64,000 nt of DNA from Lepidodermella squamata. Its lineage: Eukaryota; Animalia; Gastrotricha. The DNA lies in NCBI GenBank assembly GCA_047495785.1, contig JBLDXI010000042.1:4836001-4900000 (forward strand), read 5' to 3'. Within the stretch, counting starts at the first letter, position 1, and each line of letters begins with the position of its first letter. A program made the position numbers and the translations under genes. Below, piece by piece: positions 60,080-64,000 of the stretch. Below the pieces are notes generated by a model. That model did no database searches and was not told the origin of the DNA. It worked only from the letters and a program-made list of their open reading frames with translations.

Positions 60080-62303
60080 ATGGAAGTTGACAACGACCCA
60101 ATTAAGCTATTATCTCTTTCAATAAGCAGTTACGAAGAATCGATCCGCGACGACATCGGGCTTTGCATTGGAAGCGGCAGTCCGTTGGATTTCGATCCTG
60201 AAGATGACGATTGCTTCGAAGACAATCCTTTTCCGATTTCTGGCATGGGCAGCGTCATGGCAGTTGGTGGTATAAATCACTGGCCGCAAAAGATGATATG
60301 CAATTCGGCAACAGACGGCGGATTTGGTATGCGTAATATCTCGATAGGCGATAATTTAGGATGCTTAGCGCTGCTACCATCTACCTTGGAAACTAATATT
60401 TCGCGTATCCAATTTCGCAATTACGAGATTACACAGGAATTATGAATTAATAGGAAGTATCGGCTTCAAGATCCCTTAGTCCTTCGATTTCCAGGGTCCA
60501 TTGAGCGGATCTTCGCCAAAGGCTGTGTTGTATAGCGTATTTGACTCTAACTTGGCTCAAAACGCACAGCCCAGCAGTTCAGGTTAAAGTTAAGGAAAGT
60601 TCATGAAAATTACCTAATTGATTGAGAAGACTCCATCTCAATCTGATAATTCTAATCCATCGATCGTCGGCTTAGAAAATAACCCTCAGTTTGAATAGGT
60701 GGAGATCACAATCTGATTTTCAACGCATGAAAAATAACTTGGGTCATAGAGCAAAGTATAACAACAGAACTGGTTAGGATAAGGATAAGGATACGTAAGC
60801 CCCCCCCCCCCCACCCCTTTGGTCTTTGACTGAGTTCACTTTGCGGACCTGGTAGCGATGATCCCTAACATCACTAGCGGTACTTCACTCTCTGACTTGA
60901 AAATCTGGGATCAGTGTGCGAAGTAGGATCCGGTTGCTGTGGTGTTTTCTACTTGTTTTCTAGGACCCAGCCGAAGAAACCAAAGGGTCCCCCCTGTGGT
61001 TTTTTCAGCCTTCCTCTGGTTGGAGTCCCGGAGCTGGGTTGTCGCGACACCCCAGCACCCCTGTACTTCGCACCCTGTCTGGGATTGTTAGTATTTTCTC
61101 AAATACAGTGGAACCCCGATTTCCCGTCTTCTGCGGTTCCACGAAAATCCTGACGGGAAATCTAGGTAGTTTTGCGTGTAATTGCCCTCTGCGGGTCCAA
61201 GTCGCTCCTAAATATTTACATGTCGCGATTTCCCGTCAGACGGGAAATCGGTGTTCCACTGTACATAGCTTCTGCACATTTATCCCCATTAAGTGTTCCT
61301 TCTCGTTACAAAATCTGAAATGTCAAACAATCGTTGTTGAAGCAGTCAATCTGAATTTACTCTGCTTGCATTAATAAAGAGGCATTTTGTTCTGTGTTAT
61401 AAGAGAAACCAGTCTGTCAAGATCCTGCAATGCATCAAACTCGACTTGGTCCAACACAATCCTGCGATTCTGCGATGACTTCCATGAACGCGGTCAGTGA
61501 CCAACAACCTGTTGATTGGCAAGCGCGTCAATCTTGGCCGATGGCGGCACCTGTCTACCATCAAGTATCGGTGATCGACGGTGCCTATGTCGTCGTTGTG
61601 CCGGAACAAAGCGCCTATCGGATGGAGTTCGAAAACGAGCTAGAACGCGAGGGCTTCATCATCAACCCTTTCTTCATGATGGTATGATGGAGATTACACA
61701 TAGGTAGTAAGATTCTTATTTTCATTTTCTGTAGCCGAATGAAGCCGTGCAAGAAACAACCCCACCGCCAGCTGCTGAGCCCGTTCCGGTCCCTGTGAAG
61801 CGCCGAATCCAAATTCAAAAGCCGCCCGGTCAAAACTTATGGCTGTGGTAAGCTTTCCAGGCTGGAATATTGATTTGCCCAGAAGCTTCAATGCTAAATT
61901 CTAGGCAATTTTTGCTTCAACTGCTGATCGACCCGGAACAATACGAGTCGCTTATCCACTGGACTGGCGACGAACCATGGCAGTTCAATATTGCCGAGCC
62001 GGAAGCCGTGGCTCGTTTATGGGGTATGTGTTGGTGATATTCAAGTAATAGCCAGAACTTGTTAATTACGGGATTTTAGGTGAGTACAAGGCGAAACCAA
62101 AGATGAATTATGAAAAAATGGCTCGGTCGATTCGAACGTACTACAGGCGCGAAGTAGTGAGGAAAAATAACAGCAAATCCGCGGCGCCTACAATCTATTT
62201 CTTCGGTCCAGGATCTGAAGGGCCGATTGCCGAACTATTGGGCAGTGAAATGACATTCGATCGACTAATTAGCATTACGGGCGCCAATCCACATCGTGGC
62301 TAG
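60080..62303 (+). CDS. ETS-domain transcription factor 3 (divergent, multi-exon)
   Basis: 3' exons ~61404-61681, 61735-61847, 61905-62023, 62080-62303 give LWQFLLQLLIDP...IHW...VARLWGEYKAKPKMNYEKMARSIRTYY; 5' exon structure (60080-60582) uncertain. Confidence 0.8.
61106..61261. mobile_element. 156-bp Tc1/pogo(Tigger)-type MITE in an intron of ETS gene 3
   Basis: TIR CAGTGGAACCCCGATTTCCCGTC / GACGGGAAATCGGTGTTCCACTG flanked by TA. Confidence 0.85.
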
Positions 62304-64000
62304 CTAGCATCATGCGCCAATTGCACCACAATAACAAACCAGACGCAATAATTTACCCTTGTTGCAGTATTAACTGACACACACATTAGCGACTTCCAAT
62401 CCCCATGGTCATGTAATGCCTATGGTCCTTTTTTATTCTTACAAGTTTCAAAAACTGAAGTTCATCTTATTCGGTAGTCTTTAGCTAAATTGTACAATAG
62501 CTTTGGTTGGCTTAGTAAGATCAAATCCTACTATGTATCGTTAGCGGCGCGCCAAAACAACCACTTTACTATTTATAGATTTTATATGGATAGTACGATC
62601 GAGAGTAGAAAAAAATCAGTGCTCAAATGGCCTATCGTACTTTATCATTACGTTCGGCGACTTCAAGTACGATCGAATGAATCATCTAAGTGGTTGTTTT
62701 GGCGCGCCGCTAACGGTATTAACTTTTCCTTTAGTTGAGCAGGAACAGTCTTAGGAACAATTTTATTGTTAGGAAATGTTATTTTCGAGCATTTTAATTA
62801 TTTGGACGTCTGCTGAAATATGCATTTACTTATTGAAATGGGTGCTGTGAACAAAGTTCAATCGTTAATGCTCAACTAAATTGTCGCTTATTCATTGCGA
62901 ATATAAAATAAAGCATTAAAATACAATTCCACCTAAATTTGGAGAACTATGCTAGTTGTGAATAGCTGGCAAGTTGGTCTCGCTACAATACTCATTGTAA
63001 GTTTTAATTGCCACGATATACAGGCGTCTTATTTCCTAATATATTTTCGCAGGATCCAACGAATCCGACGATTGGTTGGCTGCACGAAATCAGGGAAATG
63101 TCCTTACACAACAGCAATCTGAATGGCAGATAAATTTGGTAAAAAATATAACAGGCCTGATGACTTCGTTCAGTGGCGTTTCTTCTAAGAGCGTTTCTAA
63201 AAGTTCTAACAGCAAGAGTCAAGCAAATACTTGGTTTTTTTTGAATAGCCCGACTCCCTTGGAACCAATATGACAAATTATCGCTGAGAAAGAATTGTAC
63301 AGGTATTTGACTTTTTATTTACCATTTCCTCAGTTGATTCTCCAAAAATATGCAAGCTGCAAGCAATGTGATCCACCAAACACCCCCTGTGGCTATGTCC
63401 AAAACTTTTCATAGTCCCAAGGTGAAAAGTCAATCCAGTTCTTCTCGCGGAGCAAGAACTTTCTTTTTATTAATATCGTGAAAGAACGGGCTAAAACTTA
63501 TATTGAAAATGACGCCTATGAGTGATCGAAGCGAGCGTTGTGGGTTCTTCCTTTTGGGTCTGAGAAAATAGGGGCCTTGGGACATAAGGGCCCCCTGGGG
63601 ATTATTTTGGGAGGCCCACAAATCGAGGAGCCCCAAGGCATTTGCCTTGTTTGCCTAATGAAAAATCCAGAACTTGCTTGCTATTTATTGTTATGATTAA
63701 GCTGTTATTTAGTTTCGAAAATAGCCGAACTATAGCTCTATATTGTATTGTATTATAAGTGTCACACGTTAGACTAACGTTGCACTGCATTAGCCTAAGG
63801 AGGTCACAACATTCATAAATTTTTCTCCAGTTATCACGGTTGGCAGCCACTTCTCTGGCCAGGTTGTTTGGGCATACGATAGTTTCAGGCAGACCCGGTC
63901 TTTCGATTGCCGGGATAAGACTGCCGGGATAGCAGCTATATAGCTCTCGAAACTTGGAATTGCCGCGGTGAAATCAAGACCTGATCGGAATCTAAAATAC

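Noticed and set aside
63560-63680. Degenerate hAT-MITE-like end
   Set aside because: No matching partner TIR or TSD identified.

Overview
Eukaryotic (invertebrate animal-like) genomic DNA with many short (~50-60 bp) GT-AG introns; no prokaryotic features. From 5' to 3': (1) a tandem array of four divergent class C (GABA-B-architecture) GPCR genes, two intact and two apparently disabled; (2) between copies 1 and 2, an array of hairpin-bearing repeat modules all joined at AAATATA, followed by a hAT-type MITE; (3) a compact CR1-like retroelement whose single ORF joins a PHD finger to reverse transcriptase with no recognisable endonuclease; (4) an ankyrin/SOCS-box gene; (5) three tandem paralogs of an unrecognised helical, tail-anchored protein with a conserved promoter; (6) a small predicted corepressor-adaptor gene (eh1-like plus two PxDLS-type motifs); (7) a secreted LamG-like gene; (8) a FLACC1-like coiled-coil gene; (9) AMP deaminase with candidate alternative exons; (10) three divergent tandem ETS-domain genes. 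MITEs, a probable SINE and other dispersed repeats are scattered throughout. Exon coordinates were derived by eye from splice signals, reading phase and paralog comparison; family assignments rest on remembered motifs, not database searches.
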